From: the human T2T-CHM13v2.0 reference genome, Homo sapiens
Assembly (NCBI RefSeq): GCF_009914755.1
Contig: NC_060931.1
Strand: one strand, 5' to 3'
DNA length: 64,000 nucleotides
This document shows positions 12,844 through 26,785 of this stretch, in pieces. A program made the translations under genes and the position numbers. The notes beneath the pieces are model-generated. The model searched no databases. It was not told the origin of the DNA and saw only the letters and a program-made list of their open reading frames with translations. Numbering within the stretch: position 1 is the stretch's first letter; each line of letters opens with the position of its first letter.

Positions 12844-15346
12844 TGAAACAAATATTCATCATATGCTTCTGTGCTGGAAGCATAGAGAGGATGAGACCAG
12901 AAATGCCCCTGCCCTTCTGGCACTCACAGCCTAGGTGGGGAAGATGAATACATGGTAGGTAGATAGGCAAGTGACAAAAACAATACCAACCAGGTTACTA
13001 GGATCTCAGGAGAAGGCAGCAGTCATTTTACAAAAGTAAAATAGGATACAGGAGTGGTGAGTGGTGGGGACAGCAGTGGGGGTGGGGGAGTCCCCTGTTG
13101 GGAGGGGACCCTGGAGCTGCTACCTGCAGCACCGGCAGCTGTGGGGATGGAGGGAGGAAGCTCCCACCTGGGGAAAAGGCTTCGGCCAGGGAGGCAGGCA
13201 GAGGACAGCACCTGTGGCTGGAACAGGAAGGGCGAGGGAGGCGCTAGGTGGGAAGAAGGGCTGTGGAAGCCCCTGGAGAGTCAGAAGGAGACACCGCCAG
13301 GCCCTGCTCTGCACCACGCGTGGGGCGAGGGAGGGGAGCCGCCCCTTATCTAGGGTTCGATGAACAACGTGATCCCGGGTTCAGTGGCAGCAGCTCAGGC
13401 CAGACTTTGTATCCTCCATCGTACTGACTCCTCCCACACCCCTTCCAGGGTCTGTCCACCCAGACATGAGACATGGGGGGTATCCAGGGCCTTCGCTCTG
13501 TGCTGGAGGAGGCACGGGGAGACCTGAAGGCTTTGAAGGCCCCAAGATGAATCCCTTTACCTCAACTAATCCGGGCTCAAAGGCAGCCCTGCCCCCAGAA
13601 GGGTGGCCCTGGCAGGGTTGTGGGAGCCCTCACCTGGAGAAGGGGCCGCCGGGCCGGCTAATCCCCACCAGACGATTAGGGCCTGATCAGGTTTCCTGAC
13701 CGACCACTGAGGCCCGGCTTTCCCAGGGCCCGGATGTGTGCGGGACCTCGGAAGACCAAGGTGCTCTCAGGGTCATTCAGACCGTGCTAAGTGCAAAGAA
13801 AAGGGAGATGGCTCCGAGTGTCCAAAGGGTAATGATCTGGGATTAGCACCACAGCCCAGCTGGCTCACTCTGCCCGCCTGCTCCCCGCCCGGCCCACCTC
13901 GCCCCGGCCCCACTCAGCCCCGCCAGGACCTTGGCTGGGGGACCCTGCTGTTCTCTGGGCCCCTCCAGCCTCCCCCTCCCTAACAGAGCCTCGTCATGGA
14001 CGAACGCGTGAGTGCCTTCCCAGGAGCGGCGTGGAAGTCGCACACGCTGTTTCCTCAAACGTCAAGCGATCTCCCCTTTGGCATTGGATAAAACGGGAGC
14101 GGGGCCTGTCCTCTTTTCCATCTCCGGGGGCTGGTTTCACACTTGGCTGCCTCTGGTTTGGGATTTTCAAGGCACTTGTCTGCAGGGCTGCAGGTGGCAT
14201 CCCAGGAGGGCTGGGGGCTGGCAGGAGGCCTGGGGGGACAGAGTCACAACCGGCTTTCCCCTCCCTGGCCTCCAAAGACTCCTGCCTCTGCCCCCGAGAA
14301 TGACACCCGGCCCACTCATCCCACTCCCTTGCTGTGTTGAGTCTTCCAGATTCAGAAATTTTGAGGCATGGTGCTTTGGTGTGTGTGAGGCACGACTCAG
14401 CATGCAGAAACGCACCCAGAATTCACGCTGAACCAGGCTTGTCCCACGGTTTCCTGCAGGAGCTCCTCAGGCCACCAGAAATTCGTGTTCCGTGCACAGC
14501 TGGGGACCTTGGCCCCACTCGGCTCCCGGGACCTGGGACGCCTGGACCTGTTGACGCCCAGGGAGGGGGTTGTCAGCAGTGTGACCCCAGGAGCATGGGT
14601 GCAAGCCCAGGAGGGAAATAGGTGAAGAGGAGGGAGGGGAGGGCTGGGGCAGGAAATGGGGGAATGGAGGGAGGGATGCACCTGGGGGAGGTTGAGGCTG
14701 TGGTCAGGCTGCAGCAGCAATGTACTGACCCTCTGGCCCCCAAGAGGACAGTCGGGTGGACATTCCCAAGCTCATGCTGGACACTTTACGTAGGCAGCCA
14801 CCTCCCCCCTCAGCAAACCCTGCTCTCCACAGCAGGTGCCAGCAGGACACAGAGCCACCGGATCTGAGGGTGCTGAGCTGTGCCACAGGCCTTCGACACA
14901 GCTTTGGCTGCCTAGCAGGGAAAGGACAAGCCGGGTCACGCGGGGTGTGACTTCTGCAGGGGCAGCCGCACACCCCAGGACAGGGCATCATGTATGGAGA
15001 CGCGGACCTGCGGCAGGTGGCAGGGATGCCTGTGGCGTTTCATGTCTCCACCGTCTTGGACAGCAGGAGGGGCCCGGTGGGCCGGCCGGCACAAGGACAG
15101 GGCATCCTGCAGGGAAGACACAGACACAGACCCTGTGAAGGAGACAGCCACGTGGTGTGCGTGGCCTCCCCGCAGCCCGCAGCAGCATTCCTGCAGGGCA
15201 GACCCCACCCGGGTCTATGGCTCTGTGCTGTAGACAGCCTGCCGTCATCGTCACCATTGTGAAGGACTGGAGGGGTCCTCCCCATGGCCCTCCCTGCAGC
15301 CCCAGCTCCAAACCACACCTTGCAAAGGCCCAGCGAGCAGACCTGT

Positions 15347-16113
15347 CCCCAGGACCTGCACACCAGGGGCAGCCTCTCCAGCCCGCAGGACCCGCACACC
15401 CGGGGCAGCCTCTCCAGCCCGCAGGACCCGCACACCCGGGGCAGCCTCTCCAGCCCGCAGGACCCGCACACCCGGCGCAGCCTCTCCAGCCCGCAGGACC
15501 CGCACACCCGGGACAGCCTCTCCTGCCCCCAGGACCCGCACACCCGGGGCAGCCTCTCCAGCCCGCAGGACCCGCACACCCGGGGCAGCCTCTCCAGCCC
15601 GCAGGACCCGCACACCCGGGGCAGCCTCTCCTGCCCCCAGGACCCGCACACCCGGGGCAGCCTCTCCAGCCCGCAGGACCCGCACACCCGGGGCAGCCTC
15701 TCCAGCCCCAAGGACCCGCACACCCGGGGCAGCCTCTCCAGCCCGCAGGACCCGCACACCCGGCGCAGCCTCTCCTGCCCCCAGGACCCGCACACCCGGG
15801 GCAGCCTCTCCTGCCCCCAGGACCCGCACACCCGGCGCAGCCTCTCCTGCCCCCAGGACCCGCACACCCGGGGCAGCCTCTCCAGCCCCCAGGACCTGCA
15901 CACCCGGGGCAGCCTCTCCAGCCCCAAGGACCCGCACACCCCACCCAGGGTAGCCTCTCCTGCCCCCAGGACCCGCACACCCGGGGCAGCCTCTCCTGCC
16001 CCCAGGACCCGCACACCTGGGGCAGCCTCTCCTGCCCCCAGGACCCGCACACCCCACCCGGGGCAGCCTCTCCAGCCCCCAGGACCTGCACACCCGGGGC
16101 AGCCTCTCCAGCC
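15347..16113. repeat. 36-bp GC-rich minisatellite, about 21 copies
   Basis: Unit caggacccgcacacccggggcagcctctccagcccg, with ctgcccc/cagcccg variants; two units carry a 5-bp insert. Confidence 0.97.
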
Positions 16114-16576
16114 GCTGAGGGTTCACCCACCCAGCCGTCCAGGACGGGGACCCACAGTGGGTGCTGGTGGACCATAACGGGTGATCAGGGAGGGACCCCA
16201 GCATGGGGCAGGTGGAGAACAATTAAACGAGTATTTGCAGCCGCCTCCGTGTGAAGGAGGTTCTGGGACATGCTCGGAGGTGAGAGCACGCTCAGTGAGC
16301 CGCCTCGGCCACGCGGCAGCCCAGCAGCAGGAACAGGTGGGAGGCTGAACACACACGTCCACTTCCTGGAGGAACGAGTCCCCGGGGAGGTGCTCCTGCA
16401 GCCACCAGAGGCCTGCCTAGGTGCAATCACTGAAAATCGTCGCATTCTGCGGCAGGACAGATGCAGAGAGCTTCAAAACTGGAGAACTCCTCAGAGAGTC
16501 TTTGGACAAGCCCTTCAGGTGACCAAACGGAGGCTCAGAGAGGTGACAGCTAACCCAGGGCCTGTGTCAGGCTCAG

Positions 16577-16735
16577 CATGGCAATCCACACCACGTCACA
16601 CCACACCACACGCTCACACCACGCCACAACATGGCAACCCACACCACGTCACACCACACCACACGCTCATACCACGCCACAACATGGCAATCCACACTGT
16701 CACACCACACCACACACACACACGCCACGCCACGC
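16577..16735. repeat. About 53-bp CA-rich tandem repeat, about 3 copies
   Basis: catggcaa(t/c)ccacaccacgtcacaccacaccacacgctca repeated. Confidence 0.8.
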
Positions 16736-17093
16736 TGCACCCAGTAGGTGAAACTCGGCTGAGGCAGGACACAGATCCCCGAAGGGGCTCCCACATCCCC
16801 TGGAGACACCTGGTTCAGTGAGACATGACCCTGCCTGTCACAGCAGGGTCTCCGCAGGCCAAGCTTTGTCCGTAACCTGCTCTCCTCGCTACCAAAACAG
16901 GTCCTGCCACCCCAGAATTCAGCTGGGACTTGGGGGAATATTCGGAACACCTAGGCTGTTTTTCAGTCGAAATCGGAGCTGCTTCCTTCTTTTCTCTCTG
17001 ACCTCCTCTGTAGCGTGCAAACATTCTCTAGATGAATCCATTGCCCTGCATCAGCGGGAAAGTGGTGAACTGCTTCGCTCTAAACCACAGCCA

Positions 17094-17408
<315 letters not shown>

Positions 17409-17498
17409 AAGCCACAGCCAGATGCTCAAGGCCTGCAGTCTGCCAAGGGGTCTGGGAGGGAGGGGGATTTTGAAGGAGCCCTTGGATGACGGCCCTGA

Positions 17499-17806
<308 letters not shown>

Positions 17807-18235
17807 GACACCTTGTTTTGAAAGAGCTGGTCCACAAGCATTTTTCTTTCAGAGCTCCACGTTTTGCTCATCAGCTTCTCCAACTGCCAAGCAGAGGCCC
17901 TGGCCCCCGTGAGTGTCTCCCACGGCCACACCACGCCGGAGCAGAGGAGCTCGAAGCCTCAGTGGTCGGGCCTTTCCTGACACGCCCCGGCCGTTCAAGC
18001 CCCTGGCAACCTTGAGAAGGTGCCCTTGCCGGGTGGCTGAAATGCTCCTCGAACTTGTCCAGCGGCAGTAACGGAGTCCCCAGCCTGGGCGGGGTCCCAG
18101 CCCTGACCACTCTGAGCCATATGAACACGGGCATGTCCGGTCACCTCTCCACGCCTCGGCTTCCTCGGCCGGGAAGTGGAGCCCACAGAGGCTGCCTTTG
18201 GGCTCTGGGAGGCCTGTATTTTCAACCACTGAAGA

Positions 18236-18712
18236 CCCCTCCTCCTCCCCCCTCCTCCCCTCCTCTTCCCCTTTCCTCCCTCTCCCCCTCCTCCCCGACT
18301 CTTCCTTCTTCCTCCCCCTCCTCCCTCACCCCCTCCTCCTCCCTCCTCCCCCTCCTCCTTGATCCTCTCCCTCCTTCTCCTCCTTCCCCTCCTCCCCCTC
18401 CTCCCTCCTCCCCCTCCTCCCTCCTCCCCCTCCTCCCTCCTCTCCATCCTCCCTCCTCCCCCTCCTCCCTCCTCCCCCTCCTCCTCTTCCCTCCCCCTCT
18501 TCCTCCCTCCTCCCCCTCTTCCTCCTTCCTTCCCCTCATCCTCTATCCTTCTCTCCGTCCCTCTTCTTTCCCCCTCCTCCTTTTTTCTTCCCCCTCCCTC
18601 TCTTCCGCTTCCTCCCTCCTCCCCTTCTCTTCCCTTCCTCCTTCCTCCCCCGTCCTCTCCGTACTCCCCTTCCTCCTCCTCCCCCTACTCCCCTTCCTCC
18701 TCTTCCTCCTAC
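18236..18712. repeat. Polypyrimidine (CCT/CCCCT)-type tract
   Basis: About 475 bp of almost pure C/T. Confidence 0.95.
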
Positions 18713-19099
18713 CCCACTGTTGTCACCGTCACCATCATCTCATCATCACCATGAAGCACCTGGGCCACCCACCACCCCATGTGTGAGACATGGGTGGGGC
18801 TTCCACCTGTCACCCCTGGCCAGAGCCCTGGTGTGAAAGGAGCTGATTTGCCACTTTCCACAGACAAAGGGGACCCCAGTCACTTTGTAGCCAGGCAGGG
18901 AAAGCAAACGTGACTTGAGTGTTCCTGACCCCATGAGTGTCGCTGAGACACTGAGGCTGGGAGGGAGTGAGCACACCCTGAAAACGGGGATCCCCTCTCC
19001 CTGGAACAGGCCTCATGCTGGGTAAAGGGATCTCCTCTCCCCCCGGAACAGGCCTCGTGCTCTAAAGGCTCCGGATTCCTGGCGCCTGCCCTGTCCTGA

Positions 19100-19230
19100 G
19101 TCCTCATGTTATATAACCCGGCACTGGCATCTGTTTTCGTCCTCACTTCACAGAAGGAAAACCAAGGCATGGAGAGGTTGTGCGGCTCACCCTGGGTCAC
19201 ACGGCCAGCTTGCAGGGGACGCGGCCTGTG
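19100..19230 (-). mobile_element. MIR fragment running into a VNTR
   Basis: cttcacagaaggaaaaccaaggcatggagaggttgtgcggctcaccctgggtcacacggcc resembles the MIR core (ttttacagatgaggaaactgaggc...cccaaggtcacacagct). Confidence 0.65.
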
Positions 19231-19581
19231 GTGCCCTCCAGGCTCAGCCTGGGTGACAGGGCCAGCTCACGGGGGATGCGGCCTGCGGTGCCCTCCAGGC
19301 TCAGCCTGGGTGACAGGGCCAACTCACGGGGCCCGTGGCCTGCGGAGTCCTCCAGGCTCACCCTGGGTCACAGGGCCAGTTTGCAGGGACAGCAGCCTGC
19401 GGTGCCTTCCAGGCTCACCCTGGGTCACGCGGCCAGTTCGCGGGGCCCGTGGCCTGCAGAGTCCTCTAGGCTCACCCTGGGTCATGCGGCCAGTTCGTGG
19501 GGACAGCAGCCTGAGGTGTCCTCCAGGCTCACCCTGGGTCACGCAGTCAGCTCACGGGGGCCGCGGCCTGCGGTACCGTCC
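19184..19581. repeat. 57-bp minisatellite, 7 copies
   Basis: Unit ggctcaccctgggtcacacggccagcttgcaggggacgcggcctgtggtgccctcca. Confidence 0.92.
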
Positions 19582-19672
19582 AGGGAAGCGGGGCCCTGTG
19601 GGCGGGATGGGATGAGACCTTCAGCAATTGTGGGAGGAGGGGAGTGGGGGTCAGAGAGAGGCACCAGCCGGC

Positions 19673-19945
19673 TGTGAGGAGTGAATTGTGTCCCCCAAAA
19701 AGATGCACTGAGTCCTGGCTCCAGCACTGTAGAATCTGGTCTTACCTGGAGAAGAGGCCTTCACAGAGGTGATTAAGTTAAGATGAGGTCATCAGAGAGG
19801 CCCTAACCCGGCATGACACGTGTCCTCACAAACGGGAGCTTTGGACACAGGCACGCGGGGCAAACGCTGGGGGAAGACTGCAGCGAAGCCGTGGCTAGCC
19901 AAGGAGCTGCCGAGCCGCCGGGAGCTCAGAGGGCCTGGCGCCTTC
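19673..19945 (+). mobile_element. MaLR LTR (MLT1B/C-like), 5' part
   Basis: gaattgtgtcccccaaaaagat...gtgattaagttaagatgaggtcat...ggccctaacc. Confidence 0.75.
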
Positions 19946-20622
19946 CTGAAACTCCTCATGCTGGTGTTGGGGACACAGAGGTGGGTCCCACAGGGTGGGT
20001 CTGCTCTCGAGGGGCACCAAGCAGGGGAGAGAAGACAGAGCAGAGATCAGTGAGGGAACTGCACGCCGATCCCGGGCCAGACCCCGACTTTCACAAGGAG
20101 ACACACGTCGGGGACGCCAGGGAGGCAGGAAAACGTTCCCAGACACTCAGCGGGGCCCGCAGGCTGCCCAGGAGCAGAGACTCCAGACGTTCATGCCACA
20201 GAGGCAGAGAGGGAGAGGAGGCACTGGGGCCCCGAGGCTGAGAGGGGCGCAGGGAGCAGCCTGCCCACCACGGGGCTGGGCCTCACCTGCACCTGTGCTC
20301 TCAGCGTGGAGGCAGAGACCGGGAACCTGTCCAGGGAAAACCAACAGCCTCCCCAGGAGACCTCACAGTGTCCGCTTGGCAAAGACACCCCTGTCCACCC
20401 CTGTGTTCTGGCAAAGCCCCCACAGAGTCACCCTAACCCCCTCAAAGCCGAGCACCTCAAAACCCATGCCCGCCTGGAGAGTTCTTGCCCTCTTTCTCAT
20501 GCGATGTTTTATTAAAAAAAAAAAGCGGGGGGGTGTAAAGGATATTAGAACTATTAGAACTGAGGCCTGGCCTCAGAGGGTAGTGAGCACTAAAGGGAAA
20601 AGGAAAATGATGGTCAAAATCA

Positions 20623-20832
<210 letters not shown>

Positions 20833-22319
20833 TCATTTTGGTTGTAAGAAGGTAGCTGATGAAAAGTCCTAGTTTAGGTTGACTACTGGGAAGATGCTGA
20901 TCTTAAGCACTGAGATGGCATCAAGCCAGATTCCCCGCCGGAGCCGCCTTACTCCGTGGTGTGGTGTCCAGCGCAGTGGCAGGTCACTGCCCGGGGGACC
21001 GGACCGCCGAGGCCATCTCCAGGGTTTCTGGGAAACTGCAGAATGGGTTGTTCTGAGGGTGCAAGGCCCTGGGTGGTGCCGGGGGGGTGGGAAGAGGCAG
21101 GAGTGGGGTCCCGTGGGGCCTGTGGGCTCCCCATTGCCCCCCAGCTCCTGGCTTGCTCAGCTATCTTTGTGGCAAGTCAGACCCCCTGGGGTTCGCTCCC
21201 CGGGCCCCTGAGCCAACCTGAAATCAACAGGAAGCCCCTGAGCTGGCCCGGTGCCTCTGGTTTCAGAAGCAGCCAGCGGCCACTGCTGAAATATAGCCCT
21301 GGAGTGATGCGGGCCTCAGACTGGCTCCAAGGACTGAACCACAACGCAGGCTGCAAAGGTCATTTTGTGAGAACCCATAAAGTCCTCACCCAGCATCCCC
21401 TGGGCTTCAGCCCTTACCTGTCCGCCAGGTGCAGGCCAGCCTCAGAGCCCAACCTCGCCCAGCAGGCCCAGTCCCCATCCTGGACCCTCCCCTGCTCCCA
21501 CGATCCTCCCAGCAGTCATCTGACGGGTCACCTATACCCATTCTAAGATGAGGAAACAGGCCCAGCCGCTGAACTCAGCCACAAACCTAGGAGGTGAGCG
21601 AGCTGAGCCTCTCGGCCAGGTTAGGGGTAGACACTGACTCAGGAGTGTTGTGCCCTCCCCAGGGCACAGTCTTGTAACAACCTGGTGTTCTGATTGACGA
21701 GACACTTCCAAAACAGCATCCTGAGGACTCACATGTGAGACAGGCAGTGTCCTCAAGCTGAGAGGGCCTGAGCTCGCTGCCTCCGTTCAGCCTCCCCTTT
21801 TGGGTCTCTCACCCCCGCCCCTGGGCCTCAGTTTTTCATCTGTAAAACAGAGCATGCGAGATGCTCTAGACAAACCCTGTGACCCACCTCTACTGAATTA
21901 GACCCTCATCGAATGCTGGCTGATGATCCAGGTGAGCCTGTTTTCACACCTGTGCACTGTCTGAGACAGGATAAAAACCCAGAGGTCCAGCTCTCAGTGT
22001 GGTTGCAAAGAGACTTACGCGAGACGCATGGGGAAGATGTTGAACAAATATCACTAGTGCTTGGAAGGAAGAGGGTCTCTGAGCCCAGCTTATAATCCCC
22101 TAGACCCTGAGTCCTCGAGTGGAGACAATGTTTGAATCATCTTTAGCTCCCCAAGGCCTGTACAGGGCCCAGCATATAAGGGCTCAACATACATTTGAGG
22201 TAAAAAACAGTGGGGAAAGCATGTTTTCCTAAAGATGTTGTCTCCAGCCACACACCAGGGTGCCTGACATTCCACTGCTGGAGGTGCCTCCCTTCCCCAA
22301 AGGGCTGGCAGGGCAGCAG

Positions 22320-22795
22320 GGTTTAGTCCATTTACGTTTATTGTACATATCAAAATAGTTGAATTTAAGTGTGTCATTTTGCTACTTGTTTCCTATCTGT
22401 ATCATACATATTTTTGTTCTTCTGATTTTTCTTCGTCTTCTTTCCTGCCTTCTTTGGTGTAATCAAATATCTTACATCATCAGTTCTCTAAGTGTAACCT
22501 GGGGACCCTTGAGGCATCCCGAGACCCTTTCAGGGGATCCATGGTGTCCAAGTCATCATGTGCATAAGCTGTCATTTGTCCTTCTGGCTCTCATTTTCTC
22601 ATTGGTCTAATGCAAACGCGGATACGAGAATCCAGCTGCTCTCTTGCAAGTTCAAACATTAGAGAAATTTGCAAAAATGTAAAACAATGCTATTTATTTT
22701 GTACTGTGGAGAATATAGTTTTTTCTTTAAAAATATTATTTATGTCAATGTGTCATGGGCTTGTTATTGTGAATAATTATTTTACTGAGATTTAG
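22320..22795. mobile_element. AT-rich fossils: short antisense L1 piece then a hAT-Charlie-like fragment
   Basis: gtttagtccatttacgtttattgta (L1 antisense); gatacgagaatccagctg...gaaatttgcaaaaatgtaaaacaatgc (Charlie-type). Confidence 0.6.
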
Positions 22796-23370
22796 TAAAA
22801 AAGACTCAGTTTTTATTCCCATTTCAGGGATGAGCACACAGCAGTTCTCCTCCTTCACCTTGATGTGACTTTGGGCTGAGCCAGCTGTCAGCCTTGGCCT
22901 CAATCCTTGATTCCAGGACAGAAGTGCTCTCTCTGCCCGCTTGGCCTCTTCTGGTCTTGGCAGGAAAGGTCCTTGCTGACACCTTCCCTCCCCACCCCCA
23001 GTCTGTAGGAGGCCATGTGGGCAGTCCAGCCAGGATGGCCAGGAGAGCAGGATGTTTTTCTGGAATCGCATCCCAGTTGGCCAGAGGCAACTCCGTTTTG
23101 TCCAGGGAACCCTTGGCTCCATCCCCCTGGAATCCTGCCCCTGTCTGAAGCTCAAGTCCAGGCCTGGAGGGGCAGCCAGGAGTGAGCGGGAAGGCTCTGG
23201 GCCAGGCGCGTGGCCTGGGAGGGTCTGCAGGAGCTGACTCTGGAAGTTGGAGGCCCGGAGGCTCTCTCCACGTCAGTTCCTGTCTTAACTTCCAGTAGCC
23301 CCAGAACAGCCCTTCCCATCACCATCCCACGGACAAGCCTGGGGTGTCCGGGGCCCTGGGACTGAAGATG

Positions 23371-23772
23371 CAGCCCTGCCCAGGACAGGCAAAACCTCCT
23401 CAGCCCTCTCAGTCCCAGCTCCCCCCAGTCACCCCTGCAGCCCTGCCCAGGGCAGGCAAAACCTCCTCAGCCCTCTCAGTCCCAGCTCCCCTCAGTCACC
23501 CCTGCAGCCTCACCCAGGGCAGGCAAAACCTTCGAAGCCGTCTCAGTCCCACCTCCCCCCAGTCACCCCTGCAGCCTCGCCCAGGGCAGGCAAAACCTCC
23601 GCAGCCGTCTCAGTCCCAGCTCCCCCCAGTCACCCCTGCAGCCTCACCCAGGGCAGGCAAAACCTCTGCAGCCGTCTCAGTCCCAGCTCCCCCCAGTCAC
23701 CCCTGCAGCCTCGCCCAGGGCAGGCAAAACCTCTGCAGCCGTCTCAGTCCCAGCTCCCCCCAGTCACCCCTG
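23371..23772. repeat. 66/67-bp minisatellite, 6 copies
   Basis: Unit cagccctgcccagggcaggcaaaacctcctcagccctctcagtcccagctccccccagtcacccctg. Confidence 0.93.
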
Positions 23773-24711
23773 GTGGCCCCAGGCCTGGCCATCTCTGATG
23801 GCTATCAAAGGACAGAGGTGAGAGCTGCAGGAACCCCCAGAGACCCATCCCTGGGCCCTCCCTCTGGAAGGCCAGGGCATCCCCTTTGATGAGACCAGCA
23901 GTGTCAATCCTGACAGGCACCTGAAGACCCCGGGGCCTGACAAGCGGGCCCAGGCAGCACAGATGGGCTGCCCACCACTGTCTGGGTCTATGATCAGTGC
24001 CCCCCGCCCAAGGGGCCGCTGCCCACCCCTCACTGCAGCTCTAAAGATGGAGGGTGCTTCCTGTGTCCCTGCCAGTGGCTGGTAGAGGAGGCCCACTATC
24101 TCAGCGGCTACTTCCGAGGGCAGGCTGGGCCTCCACCCCTCAAAAACTCGCTGTTTCCCAAGCTCCTGCAGGATACCGTGGAGCCCTTGGTGTTTGTCCT
24201 GAGTTTCTGCTTTGGAAGTACTGCCCGACATTGTGAAAAACCCGACACAGAGGAACCCAGGAGCCACGGCCTCCAGCCAGCTCCAGGCTGGCCTTCCCCT
24301 TCAAAAGGGGTGGGGGACACAGCCAGGATGGGGCCCTGAGCAGTTCACAGTGGCAGAAGGTCTGTGTGAGCATTTCTGCACCCAGGCCCTCCTCCAGGAG
24401 CACTGGCCCAGGCCCCTGAGGCAGACGGACAGTGCAGGGGCTTCTCTGCAGGGGCTCCGGGGAGCAGCAGCCCTGGGCACAAGCCCCCCGCCCACTCTCC
24501 CCCGTCCCACCCCTCCAACCTCAGTGACTCCACAGTGAAGGTCAGGGGGCCACGTTATGCAGCCTGGCCCAAGAACAGCTCCCCTGTCCCCATCAAGAAA
24601 CACCAAGCGGTGGGACCCAGATGCAAGGCTGTCCTGACACAGCCACAAAGGGGCCCCCACGGCCCCTGCCTGCAGGGACCTAAGGGCCTCCGAGTGGTGA
24701 CCAACCTACAA

Positions 24712-25175
24712 CCAGCTCACGAGGAAACGATGCTCCGCACGGTGCACCTGGAAACGACGCTCCCCAACATGCACCCGGAAACAACGCTCCCCACCGTGCA
24801 CCCGGAAACGATGCTCCCCACCGTGCACCTGGAAACGATGCTCCCTGCCGTGCACCTGGAAACGACGCTCCCCAACATGCACCTGGAAATTACGCTCCCC
24901 ACCGTGCACCCGGAAACGACGCTCCCCACCGTGCACCCGGAAACGATGCTCCCTGCCGTGCACCTGGAAACGACGCTCCCCAACATGCACCTGGAAACTA
25001 CGCTCCCCACCGTGCACCCGGAAACGACGCTCCCCAACATGCACCTGGACGACAACCTTCGAGTCCCGCCCACCAGCTCACGAGGAAATGATGCTCCCCC
25101 TCCCCACCGTGCACCTGGAAACGATGCTCCCCACTGTGCACCTGGATGACAGCCTGCGCGTCCCGCCCACCCGCC
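24712..25175. repeat. 27-bp minisatellite (about 12 core copies) within a larger duplicated block
   Basis: Unit gcacctggaaacgacgctccccaacat/ccaccgt; flanks ccagctcacgaggaaa and gtcccgcccacc each occur twice. Confidence 0.92.
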
Positions 25176-26272
25176 TTCTCTTAAAGGGCCCCGGGAGCCG
25201 CTGGCGGCCTCTGGCTGGGAGAAGACCCTACTCATACTAAGAGAGAGCCAGGCCCCATGAATCCACAGTCCGCAGGCCAGCCTCAGTCTCTGCAGCCCGG
25301 GGACGGCCCTCCCTGTCCCAGGAGCTGTGGTCATCAGGCGCGGTGCCCAGGATCAGGACAGGGGCAGCCCCAGACCCCTTTGAGCCCTCCTGAGGTCCTT
25401 CCTGTCTGTCCATCACGGCCAGGGCCCTGCTTGCAGGACACGACCTGCAGGCCCATGTACAGGGCCCGGCCATGCCCACCAGAGGCTTCCTGGTGTGACC
25501 AGAGCCACCGCCTCCTCTTTCCCAGTGGACACAGATGCTCTGGGGAGGACGGGCCACCCTGAGCGTTGGGGACCCTAAGCCCTGGATAGGAAGGGTCCCG
25601 TGCAGCTGCCTTGGAAGCAAGACCCCAGCTGTACACTTTGGGGTCTTTACAACACCAAGGCTGAAGAAGTGCTGGGGGGGTGGTGATGGTGGGAGCCTAA
25701 GGCGAGTCGTGGGGAGAGGACCCCATGCCAAAAACAGTTAATTTAGGGAAAGGCGGTCAGAGAAAGGAAAGCTGAGCCCCTGTGGGGGGAATGAGGGAGC
25801 TCAGGACCCCACCGCGGCCAAAGGGTTCCCTCCACAGGCTGCAGGGTCCTGCAGGCGGACGTGGGTGCAGGACAGCTGGTCGGGGCAGGGTCCGGGTGCT
25901 GGGCACACCTGCCCACGGCAGAGGATTCCTTCTCAGACACCGCGCAGCCTGCGGGGCAGGGGAAGCTCCCACGAGGGGCTGCGTGCCTGACACTCCCCTC
26001 ACCCTCCACTCAACTAAGCTCGGGCTTGGGGGAAGGAATAGGAGAGCTTGGAGCTTTGTGAACGGAGGCAGCTTCTTGCCACCTGCCCAGAGGGGAAAGC
26101 CTGCCGGCCTCCGGGGCCGCATCGTCTGACCCTGTTGGACAAACACCTGCTGGGCTTCGACCGGGAGCCAGGCCTCTTCCAGCTCTTTATAAATCCGAGC
26201 TCATCTGAGGCTCAGGAACCCAGGAACCAGGCACTCTGCGGCCTTCCCATGTGACAGATGCAGCCACTGAGG

Positions 26273-26353
26273 CCGGAGACCTCCAAGACTCCCCCAATAT
26301 GCCCAGCATCGGACGGAGACCCCCGAGACTCCCCCAACACGCCCAGCATCGGA
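26273..26353. repeat. 40-bp tandem duplication
   Basis: cggagacc(t/c)c..agactcccccaa.a.gcccagcatcgga x2. Confidence 0.85.
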
Positions 26354-26785
26354 TGGAACCCGGGTGTTGGTTCCAGGGGTCCCCGCCCTATGCACCGCAC
26401 CCCCTGCTCAGGCCGGCTTATCTTCGAGGGAATAAGAAAGCATCGTGTCCACCCCAAGACCCCCGCAGGCCCAGCGTCCCCAGAGGGCCGGGCGCCCCAG
26501 GCCTAGTGAGGAAGGGGCACCCACTGAGGCTGCTGGGAGCTTTCAGGGTGAGGGGTGTGGCACCGGGGATGGAACGCCCAGGCCAGGTTTCAGGCTGGGA
26601 TTAAGGGTCCTCCAGACCCTCCTTGAATTTTAGGAGAAGCACGAAGGGGTGGGGGCGTCTCTCTCTTCTCTTAGGAGATCTGGAGGAGACTTCGGGCACT
26701 GCACTGTGGCCTCCACGACAAGCCGAGGAACAAGGCCGTCCACCCCTGAGAAGGCCACGCAGACCACTCACCGAGGGTCCTGGGG

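Noticed and set aside
14988-16254. Collagen/mucin-like ORFs of 300-400 aa
   Set aside because: Open in many frames on both strands because the unit is 36 bp and stop-poor; no splice or domain support.
24535-25149. Mucin-like HPETTLPTV ORF
   Set aside because: Product of the 27-bp VNTR; non-ATG start and no signal peptide.
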